Positions 1 through 9,596 of a DNA stretch of 50,393 bases are shown here, piece by piece; within the stretch, counting starts at the first letter, position 1; each line of letters begins with the position of its first letter. Both the position numbers and the translations under genes were made by a program. A model generated the notes under the pieces. The model did not search any database. It was given only the letters and a program-made list of their open reading frames with translations, and was not told where the DNA came from. Origin of the DNA: a virus (Duplodnaviria > Caudoviricetes); IMG/VR virus record IMGVR_UViG_3300023443_001574, positions 1 through 50,393 of that record; one strand, written 5' to 3'.

Positions 1-2590
1 TGGAAATTCGAATGATGGGCTCAATGCCTTTTTGACCACATTGAAATTATGGGAAGATGGTTCCAAAAAAATCAAAGGAGTTTGGGAACTTGGAAGATTT
101 GGAATTATAGTAAATGATGACCATTCAAAAGACTTGGAACCTGATGGAGCTGGAATTCCTGCAAATCTGACGAAGGCATTGCTTTGGGAAAGGATAGAGT
201 ACAGGTCTGATTTCAAAGGCAATAGAGAACATTTCGTACTCTACTTCCGTGTGAACAAAGGGGACGGCACGTAGTTGGGAAAATTTGCAGAACTCAATGA
301 TATCCTTGTTATTCTAAAAGATCACTCAGGAGACCCCGGAGCTGACGTCAATGGAGACTTTGACTTATCAACAAAATGGATCGTGATAGAATACAAAGAT
401 GAAGTTCCACAATCTGTCAGAATAGTTTTCAATGCAGACTATGGAAGATTTCTGACCAGGACACCAAAAATCAAAAAGAGGGACAGAATCTTTGTCAGAA
501 TTACAGAGAAGGATGGCACTATCACAGAAGATGTTTTTCATGTTAGAAAGATAAAGAAAAAACGTATCCAGGGAGTTGGATTGGGATTGGAAGTAATGTG
601 TCCTCATCAATCCGAAAATCATTGGAAGAGAACAATCTCCTTTAAGAAACGTGGAAAGCGAATATCTGGAAACAAAGCAATAGAAATTTCAGTTGCTGAT
701 CTTAATGCAAGTAAAGGTTCCAAAGATCCTACAATAGAAATTCCAGCTACATTCGACCAAGTTAAAAAACTTGGAAATCGATTTGACGAGAACACTACAA
801 ACAATTACTTTTTTGAATCAGTCAAACTCGAATCAGCAATTGCTGAAATAAAGGACATTGAGTCTCAACCAATAGAAGGAGGAGGTTCCTTTGAACCGAT
901 GTATGTTAGATTCAAATCAAAATACAATCATGTTCCTCCCGGAGTTGACCTGGACACTGTGGTCCTGCAAGCTTTCGAGCAAGGATTCAAAGACAACTCA
1001 GGAGTTTTCAACAGCACTCCTAGTACTACACTAGTGCATCCAACAATTGAATCCGGAGACAGACCAAATATTCTTTCAATGAATTCAGATGAAGATCCAG
1101 AACAGGGAACCAATCTCGTTGCAATTGGAGACAAAACATCTGGTAGTTTCACCAGGGAATGGATGCTGTATGTTGGCGCAAAAGAAACGTTTGACTCCGC
1201 AAAAACTTACGATAATACTGCAAATTACAAACCGGGCCATCTAGTGAAGGATGATGATGCATTAACATATGAAGCAAAAATAAACACTACAGGAAACAAA
1301 CCATCATCTAGTCCAACGCAGTGGGTCCAAAGAACTTTCACAAAACCAGCTCAATGGCTCACTGCCACATCTTACACCATTCATGATTTGGTCCGGAATA
1401 ATGACATTGCATACAAAGCATTACAAACGCATACATCGAGTGCAGGAGATGAACCTGGACTTGATGATACTTTTTGGATAAGAGTTAGCTTTGCTCCAAC
1501 AGTAGATTATTCTCCACTGACAAAAGACAAAGTTCAGTATTGGGTCAATGCTCTTGGTGGAGGAAAACATGCGGCAACTAACAACTCCAAGACTGCAATG
1601 ATAGACCCGAATGTGATAATTGAGGATGCGCTTCATCCAAGAACTTTCGTACGATATGTCAACACAGATCCTAGTTTGATTCCAGCAGAACTCAAAGTAG
1701 GTGGTAATATTCCAGATGCATTTAGAATGTTGGTTATCAATCCAGCCACTGGAGTAGAGACAGGAGCTGGAGATTTTGCAGGAAATGACCCGGCAGGAAT
1801 CGCATTTGCTGGAAAGGTTGCTGAGTTTGTAGATGATGATAATGATGGAACAGGTTTCTGGAGAGTCTTCAAAGGAAGAACCACTGCACAAGACCAGGAA
1901 GTATATGACTGGTTTGAAAGTGATTCTTGGGTCAAGGAACCATGTGAAGGAGGAACATCTTATGTTGATGGAGCTGGAGTTTGTGTAATTGGTTCACGTA
2001 ATGCTAATTGGGTCAAAGGAGCTTACAGATTAACTGAAGTTCTGTTTGTGGGAAAAGTTGGAAGATTCTTTTCTGCTGGCCAGTTTGAATGTGTTCATTC
2101 TGTCAAATGGGATTCCGGAAATTCGAGAGTTGATATGGGCAATGAAAAAATAATTGAAGAACTTGACTCTACTACATCAGCAGTCTTCATCAAGTCAGCG
2201 CCATTGGACACAACCAGGACCTTTCCATTCTTTGTCGGATTGAATTTTCATGCTATGCATCCATTCACGTCTAACGCAATACCATTCGGAGCAGTTACAA
2301 TTGGAGAGAAAATTAAGCATCCAACTATGGATTTGAACAATATGGATTTGACACATCTTCTCAAATCAGAATGGTTTGGACCAGGAGTTGAGGATTACTA
2401 TCCACTACAAGCTATTCTTGCATGGATGAAACTTTCAATCAATGACTCAGTCTTAGGATTTTTTGATCAACTTGATGGTGATTTCAAAATTGGAATTTCA
2501 TTGTCTGACAGAAATGACAACACAATGATAATAGAATACACTCACAGCAGAAATTCCAAGGTATTGCCATTAGAAGGTCTACTTTCAAAA
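1..2590. repeat. Left copy of imperfect terminal direct repeat (offset 47,803)
   Basis: Position 1 tggaaattcgaat matches 47804, and actttcaaaa at 2581-2590 matches the window end. The offset is the same at both ends, with many substitutions between. Confidence 0.97.
2..274 (+). CDS. 3' part of tail gene (second allele of 47553..48077)
   Basis: Translation is nearly identical to the C-terminus of ORF 47553..48077. Confidence 0.9.
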   Translation, partial: GNSNDGLNAFLTTLKLWEDGSKKIKGVWELGRFGIIVNDDHSKDLEPDGAGIPANLTKALLWERIEYRSDFKGNREHFVLYFRVNKGDGT

Positions 2591-3169
2591 CTAAAACCAT
2601 ACCAGGGAGTTCCAGGAACCTCTGCATTTTTGGCAGCACAGGAACCTTCCGGAATAGTGGCCTTTGATCCTACAGAATTTCTATGGGGTTGTATCTATAC
2701 AAGAGACTCATTTGATAACCAGGGACGTTATCTTGGATTGCGTTCCAGATTCCTAACCAAATCAGAGATGAAGATGTCAATTGATGCATGGCGATGGGCA
2801 AAACCCCTGGTGGCCACTAATGTAGATGAACCAAATGCAAAACCAGATGTAAACATAGAACCTCAGAAATATCAGAAAGCATCAATTGCAAATTATGCTC
2901 AACTCAAAAATTTCATCCTGGGATTAGCAAAATTTGTGAACTTTGACAGACGTTCAATTACCCTGGAAGTGGCCAACGGAATTCCTGTTCAGTTTGGAGA
3001 TCCGGTCTTTCTTACTGATGCGGAATCAATTGATGATGCAGATGATTCAATTGCAAATACTTTCAAAGGAGTTGCAGATGGAATCACATTCTCATTGTCT
3101 AAACCAAAGAATGGTCCTGGCGGACTAAAAAAATTCGTTAGAATTGTCAGGAGGTTGTATCCAACATAG
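275..3169 (+). CDS. Large tail-tip/baseplate protein with two tandem CBM5/12-like (chitin-binding type) modules
   Basis: 964 aa, TTG start, located after tail genes. Contains WLTATSYTIHDLVRNNDIAYKALQTHTSS...W, which resembles the ChiA1-type chitin-binding domain, preceded by a similar module. Confidence 0.7.
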   Translation: MGKFAELNDILVILKDHSGDPGADVNGDFDLSTKWIVIEYKDEVPQSVRIVFNADYGRFLTRTPKIKKRDRIFVRITEKDGTITEDVFHVRKIKKKRIQGVGLGLEVMCPHQSENHWKRTISFKKRGKRISGNKAIEISVADLNASKGSKDPTIEIPATFDQVKKLGNRFDENTTNNYFFESVKLESAIAEIKDIESQPIEGGGSFEPMYVRFKSKYNHVPPGVDLDTVVLQAFEQGFKDNSGVFNSTPSTTLVHPTIESGDRPNILSMNSDEDPEQGTNLVAIGDKTSGSFTREWMLYVGAKETFDSAKTYDNTANYKPGHLVKDDDALTYEAKINTTGNKPSSSPTQWVQRTFTKPAQWLTATSYTIHDLVRNNDIAYKALQTHTSSAGDEPGLDDTFWIRVSFAPTVDYSPLTKDKVQYWVNALGGGKHAATNNSKTAMIDPNVIIEDALHPRTFVRYVNTDPSLIPAELKVGGNIPDAFRMLVINPATGVETGAGDFAGNDPAGIAFAGKVAEFVDDDNDGTGFWRVFKGRTTAQDQEVYDWFESDSWVKEPCEGGTSYVDGAGVCVIGSRNANWVKGAYRLTEVLFVGKVGRFFSAGQFECVHSVKWDSGNSRVDMGNEKIIEELDSTTSAVFIKSAPLDTTRTFPFFVGLNFHAMHPFTSNAIPFGAVTIGEKIKHPTMDLNNMDLTHLLKSEWFGPGVEDYYPLQAILAWMKLSINDSVLGFFDQLDGDFKIGISLSDRNDNTMIIEYTHSRNSKVLPLEGLLSKLKPYQGVPGTSAFLAAQEPSGIVAFDPTEFLWGCIYTRDSFDNQGRYLGLRSRFLTKSEMKMSIDAWRWAKPLVATNVDEPNAKPDVNIEPQKYQKASIANYAQLKNFILGLAKFVNFDRRSITLEVANGIPVQFGDPVFLTDAESIDDADDSIANTFKGVADGITFSLSKPKNGPGGLKKFVRIVRRLYPT

Positions 3170-6100
3170 CCACTTCCGCAGGTGTACGACCACTTTCAAG
3201 TGAGTCAGCCAGAATTCAAAGAGCTCTCATCAAGGATGAAGAACAATTCATACAATCACTAAAGATTTTTAATAATACTTCAATTGTTGGCTCTGCTGGA
3301 GCTCAAAGCGCAGGAATATCTAACGCTCCAACAGAGGGTGGAAACTTTCTGAGAAGAGAAGGAGACTTTATGATTGGTCAGTTGGGCCTCCATCCAATAC
3401 TTGTCACAATTGCATCCGGTGTTATAGATGCTAGACTGGTTGCAGATGCTTTCACAAGTAGATTGATTGTGAATGGGGAAGGAGGAGCCAGTGATGACCT
3501 TGATCAGATTCTCAGTGAAAAGCAACCTGGCTCAATTGTGGTAATTCAAGGAATTGTTGGCCAAGTATTAACAATCAAAAATCTTGCAAAAGGTGGAGGA
3601 GATGAAGACATTCGAACCCCTGGTGGAGTAGACTTTTTTGTAGTTGGAGAACAAAATGTCACTGTCATCTATGATGCAGTAAACAATGAATGGGCTTTCA
3701 TGGATGGAGCTCTAGTCGGAGTCGGAGATGTTCCAGATGGAACCGTAGAGAATGATCATCTAGAATGGGATAACATTGGAAAGGCATGGATAGCTCAACA
3801 ATTCTTTGAATTTGGTTCTGGTAATCTTCCAGCAGTTGGAGATTTACGTTTCAAAAATAATACAATTGCTGCTGCATTCAGAAATTTTGCTAATACTGGA
3901 GATATCGAAGTCAAAGTTGATACAAATGACTTTGTTGATATCACTGAAAATAATAACGGTCTTATCACTTTACGACTCAGAGCTCAGCACGCAGTAAATC
4001 CTGATCAATCACTTACACTCACACAACTATCAGGAACCGGAGGAGCAGCTACATTTGCCAGTCCAACTCAGATAAATCTGGATATTGGAGCTACCGGAGT
4101 TATCAGCATCACAGTAACTGGTGTGAGCTTGAATGATCTTGATTTGACTGATGTTACAAATATCATTGGAAGAGATGATGCAACTCCATTCAAGATCATT
4201 TTTGATGCAGCAGAAGATTCTGACACTTTCATCTCAGATGACACTGCAACTGCAGATAGAATCAATGTAACAGCTGGAGGAGTTACTTTCTTTTCCTGGT
4301 TACATGATGGAACCAGACCAATTGCTGGAATCGTATCTGGCGCAAATGGCATCCTGACAATATCTGATGGCCAATTTGCAGGAGATGCCAGAGCTGTTCC
4401 TCCGGATGCGGATATTGATAATGATGCTTTGAATTACTATATTGATACTAGTTCAGATCCTCCAAGAGCAGCCTTTAAGAGAAAAAGTACTGTCGGAGTT
4501 GTCACTACTGGAACCTATCTCTACTCTCCAGTAGATTTTGATATTGAGTTTACAACTTCCAATACTGATATCGGTTCATCTGTAACTCCATATGATGCTT
4601 CATTCCTGAGACGTCTGATGCTCGTATCAGGAGGATCATTGCTGACTGGTTCCCTAATGGCCAGAAACAATGCAGGAGACTTTGAATTCAACGTTCCAGT
4701 AGCAGGCGATTTATATCGATTCTTTTGGGCTGGTGGAAATGATATCCTCTTTACTTTTGGTGGAACAACCAACGAAATTCAAGTTGATACTCTGAATGCA
4801 CAATTACAACTTACACTACAACCAACAGCAATCAATCCAGCTATTGACGGCATCATCCGACACGTCACTGGTGGAGATGTAAAAGTATTTTCAGGTGGGG
4901 TCCTTCGCAATATGTCAGATATTGGCAGTGGCGCACCTCCATTTGATGACAACCAAGTAATTATTCAAGATAATTTAGATAACACGAAAACACTCACGTT
5001 CAATCTATCTTTACAGAATCCACTGGCTGCAAACCTTCTTTCATGGGCTGCTGGCGGTTCTCGTACCCATACATTCTCATCAACATCTGGAACAATAGCT
5101 CAACTAAATCTAGCACAAACATGGACAGCTGAACAAACATTCAATGCAGATATACAGCTTGGTGCAAACATTGACCTTACAGGAAATAGAAACATTGAGA
5201 TTGGTAGCGATGTTTTAGATATTCGTCATTCTGATCTTGATGGTCTTGTAAATACAAGAGTTATGACAGGAAATCAAAGTGTAGGAAGAACATCTTTCAT
5301 GCTTGACTTAGAAACCACTGGAGATGTTCAGACAGGTGGAGGTCCTATAATTAGTTTCAGATATACCGATTCAATCCAAACAAATCAAATCTTAGGAGAA
5401 ATGGGTTTTGTAAGAGGTAGTGGTACAAATGACAGTGACTTTATTCTTAAAGTTACACTAAATGGTGGTAATGTTGAAAGACTAAGAATTGATGAGAATG
5501 GAGTAGCGACATTTACTGGTGATGTTACTTTAGCAGCAGGAAAAAATCTAACTCTCCAAGCGTCAGGTGCAGTCGGTTTTATGGATATTGGTGAAATTAC
5601 AACACCAGGAGATCCATCAGCCAATTTCGGAAGATTATATACAAAAGATGTAGCAACAACTCATTCCGAATTATTTTATCGTGATGAATTAGGAACTGAA
5701 ACAAATCTACTTGCTGGTAGTGGAAGTTCATTCGCAGATGATGTATTCGATATTCACGATGATGTAACGCCAGCTAAGATTTTACAATTTACATTAGCAG
5801 GCCTAACCAGTGGAACAAGTTTGATTAATGTTCTAACAACTTCGGCAGTCAGAACATGGTCACTTCCTGATATAACAGGCACATTTGCTTTGCTACAAGG
5901 AACACAGACATTTTCAGGCGCAAAAACATTCTCTGCAAATCTAACAATGAGTGCAGCCGATATTATAATGGCTGACAACGATGTTTTAGGTCTTAATGAA
6001 CTTGGATTCACTGACAATCATCAAATTCGAGGTTTATCTACTGGAATTGAAATCGAAACATCATCTAACGATTCATTCAAGGTAATCGAGGGAAATTCAA

Positions 6101-6591
6101 ACGATAGAATTTTGACTTTTGATAATTTTATCATAGGAGCTAATAGAGTCAGTCGTTTGATACTTGAACATAATGTTGCAGCAGTTCAAAGTCCTGTTAT
6201 AATGGTATTCAAAAATCAAGCGAACGCAGCAAGTAACCATTCAATAGCCCAGATCTTTTATGAACAAGATAATGCAAGTGCAGTGGTAACAGATTTTGCC
6301 CGAGAACAAGTAGATGTATTAGATGCTACGAATAATGGGGAGGAAGCCTCATGGTTCGTGCAAGTTATAGCAAATGGTAGTTTAAAAAATGTTATTCAAG
6401 GTGATGGCAATTCCAGTGGAAATATTAATCTAGCATTTCGTGGCGCAACCCCACAATCAGCACCAAACTATACAATTTCAAATCCAACAACTGATAGAAC
6501 CCTTGACGTTGCAAATGAACTTCTTGATGGTGTTCGTGAAACACTAGGAACTCTAATACAAGATTTAATCGATGTAGGACTGTTGACTTAA
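3166..6591 (+). CDS. Long tail fibre / receptor-binding protein (first ATG at 3370; frame open from 3142, probable ATA start at 3166)
   Basis: G/T/D/N-rich beta-type sequence. Duplicated fibre module (DNTKTLTFNLS..SRTHTF..SGTIA..QTWTAEQTF / TPAKILQFTLA..VRTWSLP..TGTFA..QTFSGAKTF). SD AGGAGGT at 3149-3155. Confidence 0.7.
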   Translation: MATSAGVRPLSSESARIQRALIKDEEQFIQSLKIFNNTSIVGSAGAQSAGISNAPTEGGNFLRREGDFMIGQLGLHPILVTIASGVIDARLVADAFTSRLIVNGEGGASDDLDQILSEKQPGSIVVIQGIVGQVLTIKNLAKGGGDEDIRTPGGVDFFVVGEQNVTVIYDAVNNEWAFMDGALVGVGDVPDGTVENDHLEWDNIGKAWIAQQFFEFGSGNLPAVGDLRFKNNTIAAAFRNFANTGDIEVKVDTNDFVDITENNNGLITLRLRAQHAVNPDQSLTLTQLSGTGGAATFASPTQINLDIGATGVISITVTGVSLNDLDLTDVTNIIGRDDATPFKIIFDAAEDSDTFISDDTATADRINVTAGGVTFFSWLHDGTRPIAGIVSGANGILTISDGQFAGDARAVPPDADIDNDALNYYIDTSSDPPRAAFKRKSTVGVVTTGTYLYSPVDFDIEFTTSNTDIGSSVTPYDASFLRRLMLVSGGSLLTGSLMARNNAGDFEFNVPVAGDLYRFFWAGGNDILFTFGGTTNEIQVDTLNAQLQLTLQPTAINPAIDGIIRHVTGGDVKVFSGGVLRNMSDIGSGAPPFDDNQVIIQDNLDNTKTLTFNLSLQNPLAANLLSWAAGGSRTHTFSSTSGTIAQLNLAQTWTAEQTFNADIQLGANIDLTGNRNIEIGSDVLDIRHSDLDGLVNTRVMTGNQSVGRTSFMLDLETTGDVQTGGGPIISFRYTDSIQTNQILGEMGFVRGSGTNDSDFILKVTLNGGNVERLRIDENGVATFTGDVTLAAGKNLTLQASGAVGFMDIGEITTPGDPSANFGRLYTKDVATTHSELFYRDELGTETNLLAGSGSSFADDVFDIHDDVTPAKILQFTLAGLTSGTSLINVLTTSAVRTWSLPDITGTFALLQGTQTFSGAKTFSANLTMSAADIIMADNDVLGLNELGFTDNHQIRGLSTGIEIETSSNDSFKVIEGNSNDRILTFDNFIIGANRVSRLILEHNVAAVQSPVIMVFKNQANAASNHSIAQIFYEQDNASAVVTDFAREQVDVLDATNNGEEASWFVQVIANGSLKNVIQGDGNSSGNINLAFRGATPQSAPNYTISNPTTDRTLDVANELLDGVRETLGTLIQDLIDVGLLT

Positions 6592-6728
6592 TTATAATGT
6601 ATTACAAGACTTCGTTAGCAAGAATAATGTATGGTGAAACTCGTGTTGTTGTTGCATTGTTAATGTTTGATCTTAGATATCTTGGATTATTAGGGTAATC
6701 CTTTTAGGTGTCTAATCTAGGTGAAATC

Positions 6729-7016
6729 ATGCCAATAGATAATGATAACATTCAATCTCACATTACTTCCTTGGAAACTAAAGAACGGGAGCTTAGGACA
6801 AAGATGGGCCAGATAAGAACTGCATATAGCCATCTTTTTGACATACTTCAAAGAGAAACACTAGAATCAGATCCTAACTTTCCAGATGATCGTACTAAAG
6901 ACATCAAGGTTCCTGTAGATATCATGGATGATGAAGCAGGCAAAAAAATGGTAGCTGTCAGAAGACAAGAAATCTATGATCATTGGATAGCTGAAGCAGA
7001 TACGTTACTAGCTTAA
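6729..7016 (+). CDS. Hypothetical protein (possible fibre chaperone)
   Basis: ATG preceded by AGGTGA; follows the fibre gene. Confidence 0.55.
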   Translation: MPIDNDNIQSHITSLETKERELRTKMGQIRTAYSHLFDILQRETLESDPNFPDDRTKDIKVPVDIMDDEAGKKMVAVRRQEIYDHWIAEADTLLA

Positions 7017-7062
7017 ATTCCTGAACACTCTAATTTTTATTTCTAAATTTTTTTCCTGAATC

Positions 7063-7455
7063 ATGTCAAAACCTGAGCCAGAGCCAAAAGAGGAAACACT
7101 TACTGAAGAACAAATAGAAAAAATGAAAGCTCGAGGACAGATCGTTGGTCCAGATCAAATGATGCAGATGCTGCAAAACAAGATGATTCTCATCAAAGGC
7201 AATGCAGACAAAGAAGAGCAACGTATTCTTGATCAACTGTTCAATATTTTTGGACGATATAATACATTAAACCAAACACTGAGTACAGAAATCAAATCCA
7301 CAAAGGAAGAGATAACAAGACTCCAGAAACTTTGCAAACTCCATCACATCGATTCCACTCCTCCAAAAAAACGAAAACCAAAAAACAGAAAGGAGAGACG
7401 CCAGGCTGAACGTGAAGCAAAGAAAGTAGTCAAATCTAAGAAAAGAAGAAGGTAG
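7063..7455 (+). CDS. Hypothetical coiled-coil protein with basic C-terminus
   Basis: 130-aa ORF with a K/R-rich tail. Confidence 0.6.
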   Translation: MSKPEPEPKEETLTEEQIEKMKARGQIVGPDQMMQMLQNKMILIKGNADKEEQRILDQLFNIFGRYNTLNQTLSTEIKSTKEEITRLQKLCKLHHIDSTPPKKRKPKNRKERRQAEREAKKVVKSKKRRR

Positions 7456-7491
7456 TTCTTTTCTTTTCATAAATTCACTTCAAATAAGTGA

Positions 7492-7704
7492 ATGAGCAAT
7501 CCGGAGAAGAAATGGAGTTGGAAAAAACAGTACGCGAGGCTCATTGGGAATTTTTTAATCAGCTTTGGAACACCTATATTGACCTCATTTGCTCTTACAC
7601 AAGAATTTCTGCTGAGTTTGTATATCGCACTAGGAACTGCTACGGTTATAACGATGATTGCTGCAGGAAAGATGTTAGATGAATGGTCAAGAAAGCATTC
7701 TTAG
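7492..7704 (+). CDS. Small two-TM membrane protein (holin-like)
   Basis: 70 aa with two hydrophobic segments and charged termini; function inferred from position only. Confidence 0.5.
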   Translation: MSNPEKKWSWKKQYARLIGNFLISFGTPILTSFALTQEFLLSLYIALGTATVITMIAAGKMLDEWSRKHS

Positions 7705-7812
7705 TAAGATCTTACATTTCCTAGACAAGAAATGCGTTCCAATTTGTTCTGATGAAGAAGAAGAATAGTTTGACAAAATACTATAATGTTATTTATCGCA
7801 TATGATAAAACT

Positions 7813-7830
7813 TGCATTTTTACAAATGCA
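7813..7830. promoter_or_regulatory. Inverted repeat TGCATTT-N4-AAATGCA, candidate operator
   Basis: Ends 4 nt upstream of the RHH gene start at 7835. Confidence 0.45.
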
Positions 7831-7834
7831 CATA

Positions 7835-7942
7835 ATGACAAAACAAATACGAATAAGTAACAAAATACACAAAGAGTTAAAAAAAGAGGCAACCGACAGA
7901 GAAATGACTATCCAGGAAGTAGCGGAGGAAAGACTAGCATGA
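7835..7942 (+). CDS. Minimal ribbon-helix-helix regulator (35 aa, below ORF-track cutoff)
   Basis: MTKQIRISNKIHKELKKEATDREMTIQEVAEERLA has a beta-strand plus two helices; ATGA overlap with the next gene. Confidence 0.7.
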   Translation: MTKQIRISNKIHKELKKEATDREMTIQEVAEERLA

Positions 7943-8961
7943 AAAAAATGCTATTTCCGATTGTTGCGTTCTTCATAATTCTGATTGGTATGAGTTTTGC
8001 ATATGCTGACGAATTCAAAATGCCATTCGATCCTGATAATCTAGTTGATCATTGGGTAGATGTGGTCTTCAAGCCAACAGACAATGGAGGAATTGACATC
8101 ATAGTGGTTCACACAAGTACATTTCATTATGACAATCTAATTGAAGTGCCTGACACTATCACAGTCCAGACAGTTGATAACAATGATAGCATCATTGGCT
8201 CAACAGTTGTGACTTTGAAGCAAGGTGCTGAGAAGATATTAGATCCTGAACCAGAACCAACTCCAGCGGAAGAGCTAGGAATATCCGAAGAATCAATGGC
8301 AAGACTTGATGAGAAACGTGCTGAACAAGAGAAGATAGTAAAAGAAGCCTTGACTTGTATCTTAGGAATTGAAGGCAGTTCAATCTTCACAGAATATCGT
8401 GAAAGATTGGTCCTTGAAAAAATGATTTACTTCAAGAGTTTGCCTCTCGGTGGACAGGAAAGACAACTCATACTATGGACTGAGGAATGCCGAACATGGA
8501 ATGAATCATACATCTCAAAATCTCCTGAGTACAGAGACAAGTATCTTGCTGAACGAGACAATCCAGCATACTCAAAAGTATTGGATGAAACTGATTCGTC
8601 ATTTACTGATCCATTAACTGAACAAGATTTCCTAGATGAAATCGAAGATATAGAACGATTCATGTGCTCGATAGAGGGCAAACAGCGAGGACTCTGTGTC
8701 AAAGAGTTTGAAGGAATCAATCAAGGCGGATACACCGAAGGAGCAGAATGTTTGACGCAACTTGGCAAGACAATGTGTCCTCTAAAAGACTATAACGAAT
8801 TGATCTCAAGTTCGATTTCTGCGGAAGAGAATTATACTGAGATTCAGAAACTCGTGTGTGAGAAATACTTGAACCAATACTCAGCTCTAGTCGAACGAAT
8901 CAAAGCAGGCGACGAAACTGCACAACTCCCAAACTGGTTAGCCCATTGTGAGGTTTCATAA
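7939..8961 (+). CDS. Secreted acidic Cys-containing protein
   Basis: Signal peptide MKKMLFPIVAFFIILIGMSFAYA-D. Confidence 0.7.
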   Translation: MKKMLFPIVAFFIILIGMSFAYADEFKMPFDPDNLVDHWVDVVFKPTDNGGIDIIVVHTSTFHYDNLIEVPDTITVQTVDNNDSIIGSTVVTLKQGAEKILDPEPEPTPAEELGISEESMARLDEKRAEQEKIVKEALTCILGIEGSSIFTEYRERLVLEKMIYFKSLPLGGQERQLILWTEECRTWNESYISKSPEYRDKYLAERDNPAYSKVLDETDSSFTDPLTEQDFLDEIEDIERFMCSIEGKQRGLCVKEFEGINQGGYTEGAECLTQLGKTMCPLKDYNELISSSISAEENYTEIQKLVCEKYLNQYSALVERIKAGDETAQLPNWLAHCEVS

Positions 8962-9596
8962 TGGACTCCCCCAATATTTTTTCTATAACTGGAATGTTTA
9001 TGGCATTGATAGCAATCGCAGTATCGATTGGATTTGCTTTAGATTCTTCTGGTGATGACCCACAAGTACAAGCAAACAAAGACAACATCGCCTTTCTAAC
9101 CGACTTCAAAAAAGCTCAACTCATAGTGAACAACGATTTGATAAATATTGCAGGCAATAATACTGCAGATATCATCGCAGTGAATAAAACCGGAGTAGCT
9201 AACAAGGCAACTAATGTTGATCAGACTCGTCAGATTGCTGTACTTGAAGGAATACAAACATCTCCAAAGAACAAAGATGTTCCTGTAACTGGATGCAGAA
9301 CTGGCGACATGAATTTGCTAACTAGTTCAGCAAATCCTAATGATATCAAAGATGATTTCCTTCGTGGGAGCATTGTCTACATCACTGGAAAAACTACTGA
9401 ATCCGGGAATACCCGGATGGACGTTCTTAGTATAGCAACCTCTGAGATAATTGAAGATTCATCATTCTTCGCTGGCTCTGATGGTTCCTGGACAAAAGTC
9501 TGGATTACAGATGAGAATGAGATAATAGGAAAATACAGACTCTTATTCGATACGCTAGGAGGACCAAAAGACTGTGTGGAAATCACTATCAAATGA
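8961..9596 (+). CDS. Membrane-anchored surface protein with C-terminal Ig-like domain
   Basis: N-terminal TM helix, coiled stalk, and an FxRGxxVYITG...DGSW..W...GKY pattern. Confidence 0.6.
   Translation: MDSPNIFSITGMFMALIAIAVSIGFALDSSGDDPQVQANKDNIAFLTDFKKAQLIVNNDLINIAGNNTADIIAVNKTGVANKATNVDQTRQIAVLEGIQTSPKNKDVPVTGCRTGDMNLLTSSANPNDIKDDFLRGSIVYITGKTTESGNTRMDVLSIATSEIIEDSSFFAGSDGSWTKVWITDENEIIGKYRLLFDTLGGPKDCVEITIK

Noticed and set aside
1181-1480. Diversity-generating retroelement (TR/VR pair) explaining the variable CBM alleles
   Set aside because: Differences are not adenine-specific, extend over 2.6 kb with many synonymous changes, and no reverse transcriptase is encoded.
3127-3141. -1 frameshift at the A7 run fusing the tail-tip and fibre genes
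   Set aside because: The -1 frame has a TAG at 3139-3141, immediately downstream of the run.
7745-7775. Hammerhead ribozyme core CTGATGA
   Set aside because: No stem II followed by GAAA and no compatible stems I and III.
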